Shown: positions 8,681-18,958 of the stretch, piece by piece
Layout: every line of letters starts with the position of its first letter
Position numbering within the stretch: position 1 is the first letter of the stretch
Assembly: GCA_963817895.1 (NCBI GenBank)
Contig: CAWFQB010000005.1
Span: forward strand, 32,001 to 96,000
DNA: 64,000 bases
Direction of reading: 5' to 3'
DNA from: an uncultured Chthonomonadaceae bacterium
GTDB taxonomy: Bacteria; Armatimonadota; Chthonomonadetes; Chthonomonadales; Chthonomonadaceae
The notes under the pieces: model-generated
Told to the model about the DNA's origin: nothing
Databases searched by the model: none
The model's input: the letters and a program-made list of their open reading frames with translations, nothing else
Position numbers and translations under genes: made by a program

Positions 8681-9670
8681 ATGATAACTGACAACACGGA
8701 TACAACAGGCATAGACCATGACCGTTTGTTCAAGGTGTTGCTGACGACGTTCTTTGTGGATTTCGTCGCCCTGTTCCTGCCGGACGTGAGCGCGAAAATG
8801 GAGGCGGGCAGTCTGGAGTTTCTCGAACAGGAGATTTTCACCGACATTCATTCGGGCGAAAAGCACATCGTAGACATTCTGGTGAAGGTGAGACTGGCAG
8901 GCGAAGAAACGTGCCTGCTGATCCATGTGGAGAACCAGGCGTCCTCGAAAGCGGAGTTCGCGCTGCGCATGTTCACCTACTTCGCGCGTCTGCACGAGAA
9001 GTACGGCTTGCCCATTCTGCCCGTCGCCATCCTGTCCTTCGACACGCCCCAACGCGCCGAACCGAACAAGTATGTTGTGGACGTTCCCGGCCTGCGCGTG
9101 CTGGACTTCCGCTTCCGCGCCATTCAGCTCAACCGCCTGCCCTGGCGCAGGTTTGTCACTCAGGCCAACCCCGTTGCGGTTGCGCTGATGAGCAAGATGA
9201 AGATCGCGCCGAGCGACCAGAAGCGGGTGAAGCTGCAATGCCTGCGCCTGCTGCTCACCTTGCAGCTTGATCCGGCGAAATCGGACTTGATTTTCCTGTT
9301 TATGGAAACGTATCTGAGACTAAATACAGAGGATGAACAGTGGTATCAGCGGCAGGTAGCTGCATTAACAACAAACGACAGGGAGCAAACAATGGAACTG
9401 ATGAGCAGTGTGGGGCGCGAAGGCTGGCGCAAAGGCATGGAGGAGGGGCGGCAGGAGGGTCGGCAAGAAGGGCGGCAAGAAGGACGGCAAGAAGGCGTTC
9501 TGACAGTAGTATCACGTCTGCTGTTGCGCAAGTTCGGCTCGGTTCCTCCTGTGTTGCAGCAACGTGTTCAAGACTTGTCCGCCGCAGACGCTCAGGTGTT
9601 GGCCGAAGAACTGATGGGCAACATCACGCTTGCCGATGTGGAGGTATGGCTGAACCACATCAACCAATAA
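8681..9670 (+). CDS. Rpn/YhgA-like PD-(D/E)XK nuclease with C-terminal DUF4351-like domain
   Basis: DHDRLFKVLLTTFF, VDILVKV, IHVENQ, RMFTYFARL, (EGRQ)n repeats, RLLLRKFG. Confidence 0.85.
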   Translation: MITDNTDTTGIDHDRLFKVLLTTFFVDFVALFLPDVSAKMEAGSLEFLEQEIFTDIHSGEKHIVDILVKVRLAGEETCLLIHVENQASSKAEFALRMFTYFARLHEKYGLPILPVAILSFDTPQRAEPNKYVVDVPGLRVLDFRFRAIQLNRLPWRRFVTQANPVAVALMSKMKIAPSDQKRVKLQCLRLLLTLQLDPAKSDLIFLFMETYLRLNTEDEQWYQRQVAALTTNDREQTMELMSSVGREGWRKGMEEGRQEGRQEGRQEGRQEGVLTVVSRLLLRKFGSVPPVLQQRVQDLSAADAQVLAEELMGNITLADVEVWLNHINQ

Positions 9671-9692
9671 TGCGCTATCAACAAGGGGCAAT

Positions 9693-9933
9693 TATGAACG
9701 AGGCGACGCAGAAAATGGAAGCAGTGGAACCGGAAGACCATCTCGGCATGACGGCGGAACAGTGGGCGCAATTTAAAGCATTCACCAGCGACTTCGGCGA
9801 TCAGGATGAAAACGGCGTTGACTTGTCCCTTTTGCGCGAAAATCTGAAACTGACGCCGACAGAACGAGTCGAAAGAATGAGACGCGCAATACCTCTGATT
9901 TTGGAGATGTGTAATGCTGGAAACCCCGCCTGA
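9693..9933 (+). CDS. Small antitoxin-like protein of the type paired with nucleotidyltransferases
   Basis: DENGVDLSLLRENLKLTPTERVE motif; AAGGGG RBS. Confidence 0.6.
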
Positions 9934-10085
9934 TTTACGGATGGGCAGCGCATATCGCCTCTGTGAATGATCTGATTTCCATGAAACGCGCTGCCAATCG
10001 CCCGAAAGACCAGAACCACATCTTGGAGTTATTGGCGTTGAAGAAGTTGATTACGGCGGAAAGCAGCGCTGAGATAGGGGAGTGA
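9914..10085 (+). pseudogene. Internally deleted nucleotidyltransferase-like gene remnant
   Basis: Short start MLETPPD joined out of frame to C-terminal motif IASVNDLISMKRAANRPKDQNHILEL. Confidence 0.6.
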
Positions 10086-10088
10086 GAC

Positions 10089-10556
10089 ATGTACGCGTTT
10101 TCCCCTATCACTCTGGAGCAGTTGGCCGCCGCCGGATGGACGCAAGAACGTTATTTCGATACCACCGAGTATGCGCATTTGCTTCGCAAAGAAGGATACC
10201 CTGTTCTTCCTGTTGCGATGCAGTTTCTTAGTAGTTTTGGTGGCTTATATGTTTTGCGTCCGAGTTGGCGCTTTCGTGGCCGCATAGAACCCTTTCATTT
10301 TCAGGTTGAAAAGGTGTTCCGTTATACTTTCAAATCCAGTATAGATATGGATATGGAAGACTTAGGGCTTCCTTTATGTCCCATCGGAGATGCTTACCCC
10401 AGCGGTATTCCTGGGGCGCCAATGGTGATGGACCCGAAAGGCATGGTATACATTGCGGACAATGGCTTGCATGATCTTGGCTCTTCCGGTGAAGATGCAA
10501 TTGAAGCGTTATGCGTAAATCGCCCGGTGAGGGGATTTGCGGATGACCATCTATAA
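10089..10556 (+). CDS. SUKH-3-like immunity protein
   Basis: LAAAGWTQER...GYPVLPVAMQFLSSFGGL...LCPIG...VMDPKGMVY; lower GC. Confidence 0.75.
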   Translation: MYAFSPITLEQLAAAGWTQERYFDTTEYAHLLRKEGYPVLPVAMQFLSSFGGLYVLRPSWRFRGRIEPFHFQVEKVFRYTFKSSIDMDMEDLGLPLCPIGDAYPSGIPGAPMVMDPKGMVYIADNGLHDLGSSGEDAIEALCVNRPVRGFADDHL

Positions 10557-10572
10557 ACATTGAGGCGGAAAA

Positions 10573-11859
10573 TCAGGGATCAGTAGCAAGTTCCTGAGCA
10601 GGTTCGTGGAGTTCGCCTAAATTACGCAGTTGGGGCCAGATGTAGGCGACGCCTAAGACAACCAGCAATGTGCCGATGCCGCCGCTGACGACCGCGAAGA
10701 CGGGGCCGAGCCATCCGGCAACCGTACCCGACTCGAACGCGCCTAACTCATTGGACGCGCTGACGAAAATGCTGTTGACGGCGGACACGCGCCCGCGCAT
10801 TTCGTCCGGGGCGCGTAACAGCAGCAGGGCGCTGCGCACGACCACGCTGATGTTGTCCAACGCGCCCAAAATGAACAGCATTGCCAGCGACAGCCAGAAC
10901 GACTTCGATACGCCGAATACGATTGTCGCGATCCCGAACCCTGCTACCGCCCACAAAAACGCCATGCCCGCGCGCTTGAACGGAGGACGGTGCGCGACAA
11001 ATAAGGCCATGCTGACCGCGCCTACCGAGGGCATCGCCCGCAGCCAGCCCAAACCCGTCGGCCCGACGTGCAGAATATCTTTCGCATACACGGGAAGCAA
11101 AGCCACCGCGCCTCCGAACAAAACCGCGAACAGATCCAGCGTGATTGCCGCCAGCAGCACGGGCGTTTGCCGAAGAAATTGTATACCCGCCACGAGGGAT
11201 TTCAGCGAGGGCGTTTCCCGTTTCTGCGCTTCCTGTCGCTCGATGCCCGGATTGCCCCGAATGGACGATACCAGCAGGGCGTAAGTCAACGCGCCGATCA
11301 TCGCCGCGAAGTAGGCTGTTGTCGCGCTGTTGGTGAGGGCAATCGTTAATCCGCCCAAAGCGGGGCCAATCGCGGACGCCAGTTGCCAGGCATTGCTGCC
11401 CCAGGTCACGGCATTGGTGAACACTTCCCCCGGCACGACCTGCGGCATCAGCGTGGACGACGCGGGACCGGAAAACGCCCGCGCCACGCCGATAAAGAAC
11501 AGGCACACGTACAGCCACGCTACCGGCCAGTTCTGTGATGAAATCAGCGCCATACCACCGAAACACAGGGACAACGCGCCCCGCATCCCTACCGATATTC
11601 TCTTTCGGTCGCCCCGGTCCGCCACATAGCCACCGGGCAGGGACAGCAGAATGACGGGCAGCACCTCCACCAACCCGACCAGTCCGAGCGAAAACGCGGA
11701 ATGGGTGCGCTCATACAACTGCCAGCCCACCGCCACTCCCGCCATCTGATCGCCCAGCGTAGACAGAAAACTGCTCGCCACCAGCCGCCGAAAATCCGGG
11801 TATTGCAGCGCGGCATACGGATTGTGCCGAACCGGGTTCGTTTCCTCGCTTTGCGACAT
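10573..11859 (-). CDS. MFS transporter (DHA3/EntS-like)
   Basis: ~12 TM segments; GGYVADRGDRK, LDLFAVLFGGAVALLP, PDEMRGRV. Confidence 0.92.
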   Translation of the reverse strand: MSQSEETNPVRHNPYAALQYPDFRRLVASSFLSTLGDQMAGVAVGWQLYERTHSAFSLGLVGLVEVLPVILLSLPGGYVADRGDRKRISVGMRGALSLCFGGMALISSQNWPVAWLYVCLFFIGVARAFSGPASSTLMPQVVPGEVFTNAVTWGSNAWQLASAIGPALGGLTIALTNSATTAYFAAMIGALTYALLVSSIRGNPGIERQEAQKRETPSLKSLVAGIQFLRQTPVLLAAITLDLFAVLFGGAVALLPVYAKDILHVGPTGLGWLRAMPSVGAVSMALFVAHRPPFKRAGMAFLWAVAGFGIATIVFGVSKSFWLSLAMLFILGALDNISVVVRSALLLLRAPDEMRGRVSAVNSIFVSASNELGAFESGTVAGWLGPVFAVVSGGIGTLLVVLGVAYIWPQLRNLGELHEPAQELATDP

Positions 11860-11875
11860 ACAAGTTCCTTGCGAA

Positions 11876-11921
11876 GATACGAGATACGAGAAGCAGAATC
11901 CATTCCCTCGTATCTCGTATC
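11876..11921. repeat. GATACGA heptamer inverted hairpin
   Basis: gatacgagatacgag...ctcgtatctcgtatc. Confidence 0.75.
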
Positions 11922-11930
11922 TTCCTCTCC

Positions 11931-12962
11931 TTACAACGTTTCTCCGCCCTTGTCCACGTTGTCTTTCGTGAACAGTTTGGTTCCGGTTGTGATCTTCTTT
12001 TCAAACGGCTCTTTGCGCAGGATTTTCAGCGCGGTTTCAATGGCATCTTCGCCCAATGTGGGATACAGGAACGTGGCCGCGAACAGGCCGTCTTTGACGT
12101 ACTTCTGGCCCTCGTGGGGCAGACCGTCAATGCCGACGAACTTGATGGTTTTTTCCCGGCCCTTGCCCTCCTGCCGCGCGGCTTCCCACGCCCCGTGCGC
12201 GCTCGGATCGTTGGCCCCGTACACGGCGTCAATGTCGGGATGCGTGGACAGCGCGGAGTTCATCTCGTCATGCGCGTTGTTTTCCAGCCATTGGCAGTCG
12301 GCGCTGAAAACGATTTTGATGTCGGTTCCCTTGATGCCCTCCATAAAGCCGTTATGCCGGTCGTGGGCGGGAATGGTCGTTCCCAATCCCTGCAATTCCA
12401 CGACGTTGCCCTTGCCGTTCAGCAGTTTCGCCATGTATTTGCCGGCTTCGCGCCCGATCTTCACGTTGTCGCTGCCGATGAAGCACGTATATTTGTCGCC
12501 CTCAACGGCGCGATCCAGCACAATCACGGGAATGCCCGCGTCCATCGCCTCTTCTACAGGGCGCGTCAGCGGGCGCGATTCTTTGGGACTGATGATGATT
12601 AAATCTACCTTCTGCTGCACGAATTCGCGCAACTGCGCCTGCTGCGTTTCGCTTTTATTCTGCGCGTCTTTTTCAGTGAAGGTAATTTCCGGGTGTTTAT
12701 CAGCCGCAGCTTTCAGGTCCTTGTCCATCTGGTCGCGCCAGGGTTCCGCCTTATTGCACTGCGAAAAGCCGATAGTATACTTCTTGCCCGCGTCTGCGCC
12801 GCCACTGCCACTCGAACCCCCGGCTGTGGTTTTCGACGCGCCACTCCCGCCACTGCCGCTTGTGTCTGAGGATGTGTTGTTGTTGCTGCATCCACTCAGC
12901 GCGAGGCAGGCGAGGGCGAGGCAGGCGGGAAAAACAGGTAAAAAATGAGTGATTTGCTTCAT
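11931..12962 (-). CDS. Sugar ABC transporter substrate-binding lipoprotein (RbsB-like)
   Basis: Lipobox LSGC; IGFSQ, VDLIIISP, GIPVIVLDR, IGSDN, VGIDG. Confidence 0.92.
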   Translation of the reverse strand: MKQITHFLPVFPACLALACLALSGCSNNNTSSDTSGSGGSGASKTTAGGSSGSGGADAGKKYTIGFSQCNKAEPWRDQMDKDLKAAADKHPEITFTEKDAQNKSETQQAQLREFVQQKVDLIIISPKESRPLTRPVEEAMDAGIPVIVLDRAVEGDKYTCFIGSDNVKIGREAGKYMAKLLNGKGNVVELQGLGTTIPAHDRHNGFMEGIKGTDIKIVFSADCQWLENNAHDEMNSALSTHPDIDAVYGANDPSAHGAWEAARQEGKGREKTIKFVGIDGLPHEGQKYVKDGLFAATFLYPTLGEDAIETALKILRKEPFEKKITTGTKLFTKDNVDKGGETL

Positions 12963-12966
12963 GGTT

Positions 12967-14037
12967 CTAGCTCCTCTTTCGGCGTTGAATCAGTACCGCC
13001 AGAATGATGATGCCGGCCTGAACGATCATGCGCGGCGCAATGGGAACTGCGTTCAAACTGAGAATTTTGTTGATGTAGGCGATGATGAGAACGCCCATCA
13101 GGGTAAAGCCCATGCCGCCCTGCCCCCCCGACAGACTGGTTCCCCCGATGACAACGGCGGCAATGGCGTCGAGTTCAAAAGAAAACCCGGCTTCCGGGTC
13201 GCCAATGTCCTGCCGGCAGGCGTTCACGATACCGGCAATCGCGGCAAACAGGGAACATAAGGCATACGTCAGCAGCTTGACGCGGGTGACATTGATGCCG
13301 CTGAGATGCGCGGCGGCCTCGTTGCCTCCAATGGCGTACAGTTTGCGCCCATACGACGTACGGCTGACAATCACGGCCATAATCGCAAGGGCGATGAGAA
13401 ACAGCAGGGCGGCAGGCTTAATGCCCACGCCGGGCAGAGATTGGCTCATCCAGCGGAAGAAGGGCGGCGTATCCTGCATCAATTTATACCACGCCTGCGC
13501 CCCCGGCTGCACTTTGCTGCCGCCGGAAATCCATTTCGCCGCCCCGCGCGCGACTGTCATCATGGCGAGCGTGGCGACAAACGGCTGCATCCGAAAGCGG
13601 GAAATGAGCAGTCCGTTGATCGCGCCCGCCACAAGCCCGAACACCATGACGGCAACTACTGCCGGGACGATGCCCCATCCGTAGCCGATTGTGAGCAGGG
13701 CAAACAACGTGGCGGAGCAGCCGAGTACCGAGCCGACGGACAGGTCAATGCCGCCCGTCAAAATCACCAGCGTCATGCCGGTCGCCAGTAGGCCGTACTC
13801 GCAATACTCATAAAGGATATCCAACTGCGTACCCGGCAACAGGAAAATAGAGGTGTTGGTATGTCCGATATGCGGCGTGAAGACGCACCCCAGTATGAAC
13901 ACGAATACAAAGGCGAACAGCCCGCGATACTGGTCCAGTCCCGCCCATCGCCTGCGCTTCCCCGGTTCCATGCTTTGCGCCGTGAGGGATGCTGTGTCTG
14001 GTTCCGCGCGTTCTGATTCTGTGCCTTCTGTGGCCAA
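12967..14037 (-). CDS. Sugar ABC transporter permease (RbsC-like)
   Basis: GMTLVILTGGIDLSVGS, YAIGGNEAAAHLSGI, ELDAIAAVVIGGTSLSGG; TTG start with GGGAG RBS. Confidence 0.92.
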   Translation of the reverse strand: MATEGTESERAEPDTASLTAQSMEPGKRRRWAGLDQYRGLFAFVFVFILGCVFTPHIGHTNTSIFLLPGTQLDILYEYCEYGLLATGMTLVILTGGIDLSVGSVLGCSATLFALLTIGYGWGIVPAVVAVMVFGLVAGAINGLLISRFRMQPFVATLAMMTVARGAAKWISGGSKVQPGAQAWYKLMQDTPPFFRWMSQSLPGVGIKPAALLFLIALAIMAVIVSRTSYGRKLYAIGGNEAAAHLSGINVTRVKLLTYALCSLFAAIAGIVNACRQDIGDPEAGFSFELDAIAAVVIGGTSLSGGQGGMGFTLMGVLIIAYINKILSLNAVPIAPRMIVQAGIIILAVLIQRRKRS

Positions 14038-14430
14038 GATGAGTTCTCCCTGACATGGCGGTTGCGCCGCAACTGTGGGTTGCGGGGCGCGTATGGTTGT
14101 TGTTCGCCAACAAAGGGGCAGGTTCCTTCCTGCTTGTGTAGGATTGCGCTAAAAAGCAACGCGGCAGTCTGTCACAAATTTGATGAGGGTGTGTCTAACA
14201 CGTATGAACAGGCGTATTTGCGTCTTTTTTCACGAACGGCGGCTGCAAGTTTTCCGGCAGTCTTCCGATGTATGTTGTATACTAAATACAGGTTAGTCGC
14301 GCCTGATAAGGCGTGAAAACTCTGAGCCGACGGCAGGCAATCTCCTTTTGTCCTGAATCCTTTTATATACGTTCGCGGTAACGCGCTTGCCTGTAACAGC
14401 AGGCTGTGGCGCGATAACGAGGGTAACGGT

Positions 14431-16974
14431 TTGCATAATTCCAAGATGATAACCCATAAAATATTCGGCGTAAAACGCGCCTTTAGCAGCAGCCTGACGA
14501 GCGCGCGGACGCGCACTCTGCTGCTGGCCTGTATTCTGCCGGTCAGTACCCTGCTGTATGCCGCCGCTTCCACGCCCGCGCAAAAGGCCGGTTCCAAGAA
14601 CGGACATGCCGCAGTTGACAAAACAATGGCAAGCGCGTCCGGCGCGAGCGGGCAAGCGGGCTTTACGCATGACGCGCTGCCCATGCTGCAAAAATACTGC
14701 GTCAGTTGCCACGCGGGCAAAACCGCGGCTGCGGGCATTGACCTTGCGCATTATAAAACGCTGGATGCTGTGCTGAAAGACCGCGACAACTGGGATCGGA
14801 TTGCTCAGGCCGTCTCCTCGTCACACATGCCGCCGCCCAACATGCCCGCGCCCACGAAACTGCAGCGCGATACCCTCGTGAATTGGGTGCAGGCGACCAC
14901 TTCCGCAGCGGACTGCAAGCTGAATGACCCCGGTCATGTCACGCTTCGCCGCCTGAACCGCGCCGAGTACAACAATACCGCGCGCGACCTGTGCGGCGTG
15001 GATGTTCACCCCGCCGACAGCTTCCCCAATGATGATGTCGGGTACGGTTTTGACAACATCGGCGACGTGCTTTCCATTTCGCCCCTGCTGATGGAAAAAT
15101 ACGTCAATGCCGCCGAGCAGGTGGCCCATGCCGCGTTCGAGAACCCGGACAATTTCATCAAGCCGGAAAGTTTCACGTCCACGCGCCTGAACTACATCAG
15201 CCAGAGCAGCAATCTGGGCGACCATGCCAGCCTGTACACGACCAATTCCGAGGCGGGCGCAGATTACAATTTTCCCAAGAGCGGCGATTACATGCTGCGC
15301 TCGATAGCGTGGCAGGAGAAGGCCGGTCCCGAAAACGCCAAGATGCAGCTCAAACTGGACGGCAAGCCGCTGGCGACTGTAGATGTATCCGCATCGGCCC
15401 GCGACCCGAAACCGTACCAGACGCGCGTTACGGTTCCCGCCGGTCAGCACCGGTTCAGCGTGGTGTTTCTCAACGACTTTTATGATTCGTCCGATCCCAA
15501 CAACAAGAGAAAAGGCAATCGCGACCGCAACCTTGACGTGAAGGCGCTGGAGATTGTCGGTCCGTTGCACCCGGACGATTCGGAATCCATTCTGTCGAAA
15601 CAATTGGGCGAATTCGACCCAAATGATGCCACTCGCGACAGCGTAGCCCGCAAGTTCCTGACGGATTTCACGCGCCGCGCGTACCGCCGCCCGGTGACGA
15701 AAGAGGAAGTGGACTCGCTGATGCGCTACGTAGAACTGGCGCACAAACAAAACGAGCCGTTCCGCAAGGGCATCGAGTACGCCATGACTGCGGCGATGTG
15801 TTCGCCCAACTTCCTGTTCCGCGTGGAAACCACTTCAGCGGCAAAGCCGGAAGCGAAAAGCGTGACGCGAACCGTGAAGAGTAATGGCAAATCCCGTCTG
15901 AAAACCGCGTCCCTGACCACGACAACGGACGCGGCAAGCGGCAAGTACCTGCTTGGCGATTACCCGCTGGCAAGCCGCCTGTCGTACTTTTTATGGTCGT
16001 CCATGCCGGATGATGAGTTGATGAATCTGGCGGCGAAAGGCAAATTGCAGGATAACGCGGTTTTGACCGCGCAGGTGAAGCGGATGCTCAAAGACCCGCG
16101 CGCCCATTCCCTGTCTGACAACTTTGCCGGACAATGGCTGCAACTGCGCAACCTGAACAACGTCACGCCCGATACAGCCCGTTTTCCCGACTTCAACGAC
16201 GGCCTGCGCCGCGCTATGAAAATGGAAACGGAACTTTTCTTCCAGTCCATCGTCAGCGATGATAGAAGCGTGTTGGATTTTCTGGACGCGAAGTACACGT
16301 TCCTCAACGAGCAGTTGGCGAAGCACTACGGCATTGACGGCGTTCAGGGCGGCAACTTCCGCAAAGTGGTTTTGGAAGGCAATCAGCGCGGCGGCATTTT
16401 GACGCAGGCCAGTTTGCTTACCGTAACTTCTAACCCGACGCGCACCAGTCCGGTCAAGCGCGGCAAGTGGGTAATGGAGAACCTGCTCGGCACACCGCTT
16501 CCGCCCGCGCCGCCCAATGTGCCTGCGCTTTCGGATGATAAGAAAGGCCCGCTTGTGGGAACCCTGCGGCAGCGCATGGAACAGCACCGCGCCAATCCCG
16601 CCTGCGCTTCCTGCCACGCCCGCATGGATCCTATCGGCTTCGGACTGGAAAACTTCGACGCGGTTGGCGGATGGCGCACCAAAGACGGCGAAACCAGCGT
16701 GGATGCCAGCGGCGTTCTGCCCGATGGCGCGAAGTTCAACGGCCCGTCCGAACTGAAAAACATTCTGCTCGGCAAGAAAACGGAATTTGTCCGCTGTCTG
16801 GCAACAAAATTAACCACTTTCGCGCTCGGACGTGGCGTAGAACGCACCGATAAGTGTAAAATAGATACCATAGTGGAAACAACCGCGAAGAACGGCTACA
16901 AGTTCTCCGCGCTCATCACGGCAATCGTACAAAGCGATCCTTTCCGCAAGCAGCGAGGGGACGGGGGAATATAA
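14431..16974 (+). CDS. Planctomycete-type cytochrome c / DUF1587-DUF1595-DUF1592-DUF1588-DUF1585 protein
   Basis: CVSCH and CASCH haem motifs, LRRLNRAEYNNT, LASRLSYFLWSSMPD, RTSPVKRGKW, MDPIGFGLENFD. Confidence 0.9.
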   Translation: MHNSKMITHKIFGVKRAFSSSLTSARTRTLLLACILPVSTLLYAAASTPAQKAGSKNGHAAVDKTMASASGASGQAGFTHDALPMLQKYCVSCHAGKTAAAGIDLAHYKTLDAVLKDRDNWDRIAQAVSSSHMPPPNMPAPTKLQRDTLVNWVQATTSAADCKLNDPGHVTLRRLNRAEYNNTARDLCGVDVHPADSFPNDDVGYGFDNIGDVLSISPLLMEKYVNAAEQVAHAAFENPDNFIKPESFTSTRLNYISQSSNLGDHASLYTTNSEAGADYNFPKSGDYMLRSIAWQEKAGPENAKMQLKLDGKPLATVDVSASARDPKPYQTRVTVPAGQHRFSVVFLNDFYDSSDPNNKRKGNRDRNLDVKALEIVGPLHPDDSESILSKQLGEFDPNDATRDSVARKFLTDFTRRAYRRPVTKEEVDSLMRYVELAHKQNEPFRKGIEYAMTAAMCSPNFLFRVETTSAAKPEAKSVTRTVKSNGKSRLKTASLTTTTDAASGKYLLGDYPLASRLSYFLWSSMPDDELMNLAAKGKLQDNAVLTAQVKRMLKDPRAHSLSDNFAGQWLQLRNLNNVTPDTARFPDFNDGLRRAMKMETELFFQSIVSDDRSVLDFLDAKYTFLNEQLAKHYGIDGVQGGNFRKVVLEGNQRGGILTQASLLTVTSNPTRTSPVKRGKWVMENLLGTPLPPAPPNVPALSDDKKGPLVGTLRQRMEQHRANPACASCHARMDPIGFGLENFDAVGGWRTKDGETSVDASGVLPDGAKFNGPSELKNILLGKKTEFVRCLATKLTTFALGRGVERTDKCKIDTIVETTAKNGYKFSALITAIVQSDPFRKQRGDGGI

Positions 16975-16978
16975 CGAC

Positions 16979-18322
16979 ATGACTTTTGAACCGCTTTCTC
17001 GACGAACGTTTCTGCGCGGCGTTGGCACGGCTATGGCGCTGCCGTTTCTGGACTCCATGCTGCCCCTGAACGCTCTTGCGCAGTCGGCGACTAAAGCCGC
17101 GCGGGTCAATCGCATGGCCTTCATCTTCGTGCCGAACGGTGTCAACATTCCCATGTGGACACCCGTTGCCGAAGGCGCGTTGGAATTGTCGCCCACGCTG
17201 GCCTCCATGTCGAGCGTGAAGAGCAAACTGAACGTCCTGACCGGGCTGGCGCAGCACAACGCGTTCGCGCTTGGCGACGGCGGCGGCGACCATGCCCGCA
17301 GCGCGGCGACATGGCTGACCGGCTGCCACCCGCGCAAAACCGATGGCGCGGACATCAAGGCGGGTATCTCGGTTGACCAACTGGCGGCGATGAAGGTGGG
17401 GCGGCAGACGCCGTTCGCCTCTCTGGAATTGGGCTGTGAGCGGGGCGCGCAATCCGGCAACTGCGATTCCGGTTATAGCTGCGCGTATTCGTCCAGCATC
17501 TCGTGGCGTGGTGACAGCACTCCGAACGCGCACGAGGTAGACCCCCGCGCCGTGTTCGAGCGATTGTTCGGCAACAACGACCCGAACGAAACAGCGGAAA
17601 GCCGGATGCGCCGACAGGGTTTCAAGCGTTCTGTTCTGGATTTTGTTCTGGAAGACGCCAACAAACTGAAAAAGCAGTTGGGCGCGAAAGACCAGACCAA
17701 ACTGGACGAGTATTTCACGGGTGTCCGCGAGATTGAAGACCGCCTTGCCCGCGTGGAGAAAATGAATTCGGGCGCGTCCCTGAGCGCGAAAGCGCCTGCG
17801 GGCGTTCCGCCGGAGTTCGGCGAACATATCCGCCTGATGTTCGACATGATGACGCTGGCGTATCAGGCCGACCTGACCCGCGTTTGCACCTTTATGATCT
17901 GCAACGACGGCAGCAACCGCAACTACAAGGACGTGGGCGTATCGGAAGGCCACCACGACATGTCCCATCACGGTGGCGATGCGTACAAGCAGGCGCAGGT
18001 TGCCAAAATCAACAAGTTCCATGCCGATCAGGTAGCCTACTTCCTGAACAAGCTGGACAGCATCCACGAGCCGAACGGAACCCTGCTGGACAACTCGATG
18101 GTGATGTACGGCGCGGGCATCAGCGACGGCGACCGCCACAACCACGACAACCTGCCGATTCTGCTGGCGGGCGGCGGCGCGGGTACGTTGAAGACGGGAC
18201 TGCATCAGAAATTCGCGCAGGACACCCCGCTCAACAACCTGTTCCTGTCCCTGCTCGACCGAATGGGCGTCCACGCCGAAACCATCGGCGACAGCACCGG
18301 CAGATTGACCACCCTGATCTAA
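16979..18322 (+). CDS. DUF1552 family Tat-exported protein
   Basis: SRRTFLRGVG, ISVDQ, SLELG, HHDMSHH motif, GTLLDNS; typical partner of the upstream gene. Confidence 0.92.
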   Translation: MTFEPLSRRTFLRGVGTAMALPFLDSMLPLNALAQSATKAARVNRMAFIFVPNGVNIPMWTPVAEGALELSPTLASMSSVKSKLNVLTGLAQHNAFALGDGGGDHARSAATWLTGCHPRKTDGADIKAGISVDQLAAMKVGRQTPFASLELGCERGAQSGNCDSGYSCAYSSSISWRGDSTPNAHEVDPRAVFERLFGNNDPNETAESRMRRQGFKRSVLDFVLEDANKLKKQLGAKDQTKLDEYFTGVREIEDRLARVEKMNSGASLSAKAPAGVPPEFGEHIRLMFDMMTLAYQADLTRVCTFMICNDGSNRNYKDVGVSEGHHDMSHHGGDAYKQAQVAKINKFHADQVAYFLNKLDSIHEPNGTLLDNSMVMYGAGISDGDRHNHDNLPILLAGGGAGTLKTGLHQKFAQDTPLNNLFLSLLDRMGVHAETIGDSTGRLTTLI

Positions 18323-18366
18323 GCCGTTCCTAAATCAGCGCGAAGCGGCGCTGACACATGTAACCC

Positions 18367-18402
18367 CAATGCCGGAATAAGATAATGCTTGTTCCGGCAT
18401 TG
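18367..18402 (+). terminator. Hairpin after DUF1552 gene
   Basis: CAATGCCGGAATAAG...CTTGTTCCGGCATTG. Confidence 0.6.
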
Positions 18403-18446
18403 CTGTTTCACAACAAAAAGCAGAGTCGCAAGGGAAGGTTACGCGA

Positions 18447-18716
18447 ATGTCTCAAGACCAATACAGCCGTGAGGAGATTGCGCGATTGGGCAATGAAATC
18501 TATCGGCGTGACATACGCGACAAAGTAATGCCGCAGCACAAAGGCAAGTTTCTGGTGTTGGACATTGAATCTGGCGATTACGAAATGGATGTCGACGATC
18601 TGAGCGCGGAAGAAACGCTGCAAACGCGGCGACCGGACGGCGTTCTGTTCGGCCTGCGTATCGGCTACACGTCCGCGTACACGTTGGCAGGGCGCATGGT
18701 GGAAGAAGCCGCATGA
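18447..18716 (+). CDS. Small DUF5678-like partner of a clan AA aspartic protease (module 1)
   Basis: EEIARLGNEIY...KGKFLVLDIESGDYE...LRIG; ATGA overlap with next gene. Confidence 0.75.
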   Translation: MSQDQYSREEIARLGNEIYRRDIRDKVMPQHKGKFLVLDIESGDYEMDVDDLSAEETLQTRRPDGVLFGLRIGYTSAYTLAGRMVEEAA

Positions 18717-18958
18717 TTACCGGAGTCGTGAATGTTAAACTGGAAGCGACAATCCCGCTAAAAGTGGTTGGGGCGAACGGTTATTCTCAAACCATTGTAC
18801 CGGTTATAGACACGGGCTACAATGGCGCGCTTACCTTGCCACTTGCGATAATACAGGCGCTTGATTTACGGCAAGGCGCATCCCGTGAAGTCACGCTTGG
18901 GGATGCCAGCCGTCAAATATTCGACTACTACAACTTTGTATGGAGGAACAAAATATGA
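18713..18958 (+). pseudogene. Clan AA aspartic protease, C-terminally truncated (module 1)
   Basis: MITGVV...VIDTGYNGALTLP...VTLGDAS; lacks the LLGM end. Confidence 0.75.

Noticed and set aside
9444..9496. 12-bp tandem repeats as a separate element
   Set aside because: These are the ordinary EGRQ coding repeats of Rpn-family proteins
14299..14345. Hammerhead or riboswitch-like CTGATAA...GAAA upstream of the DUF1592 gene
   Set aside because: Could not build the required stems; core does not match consensus
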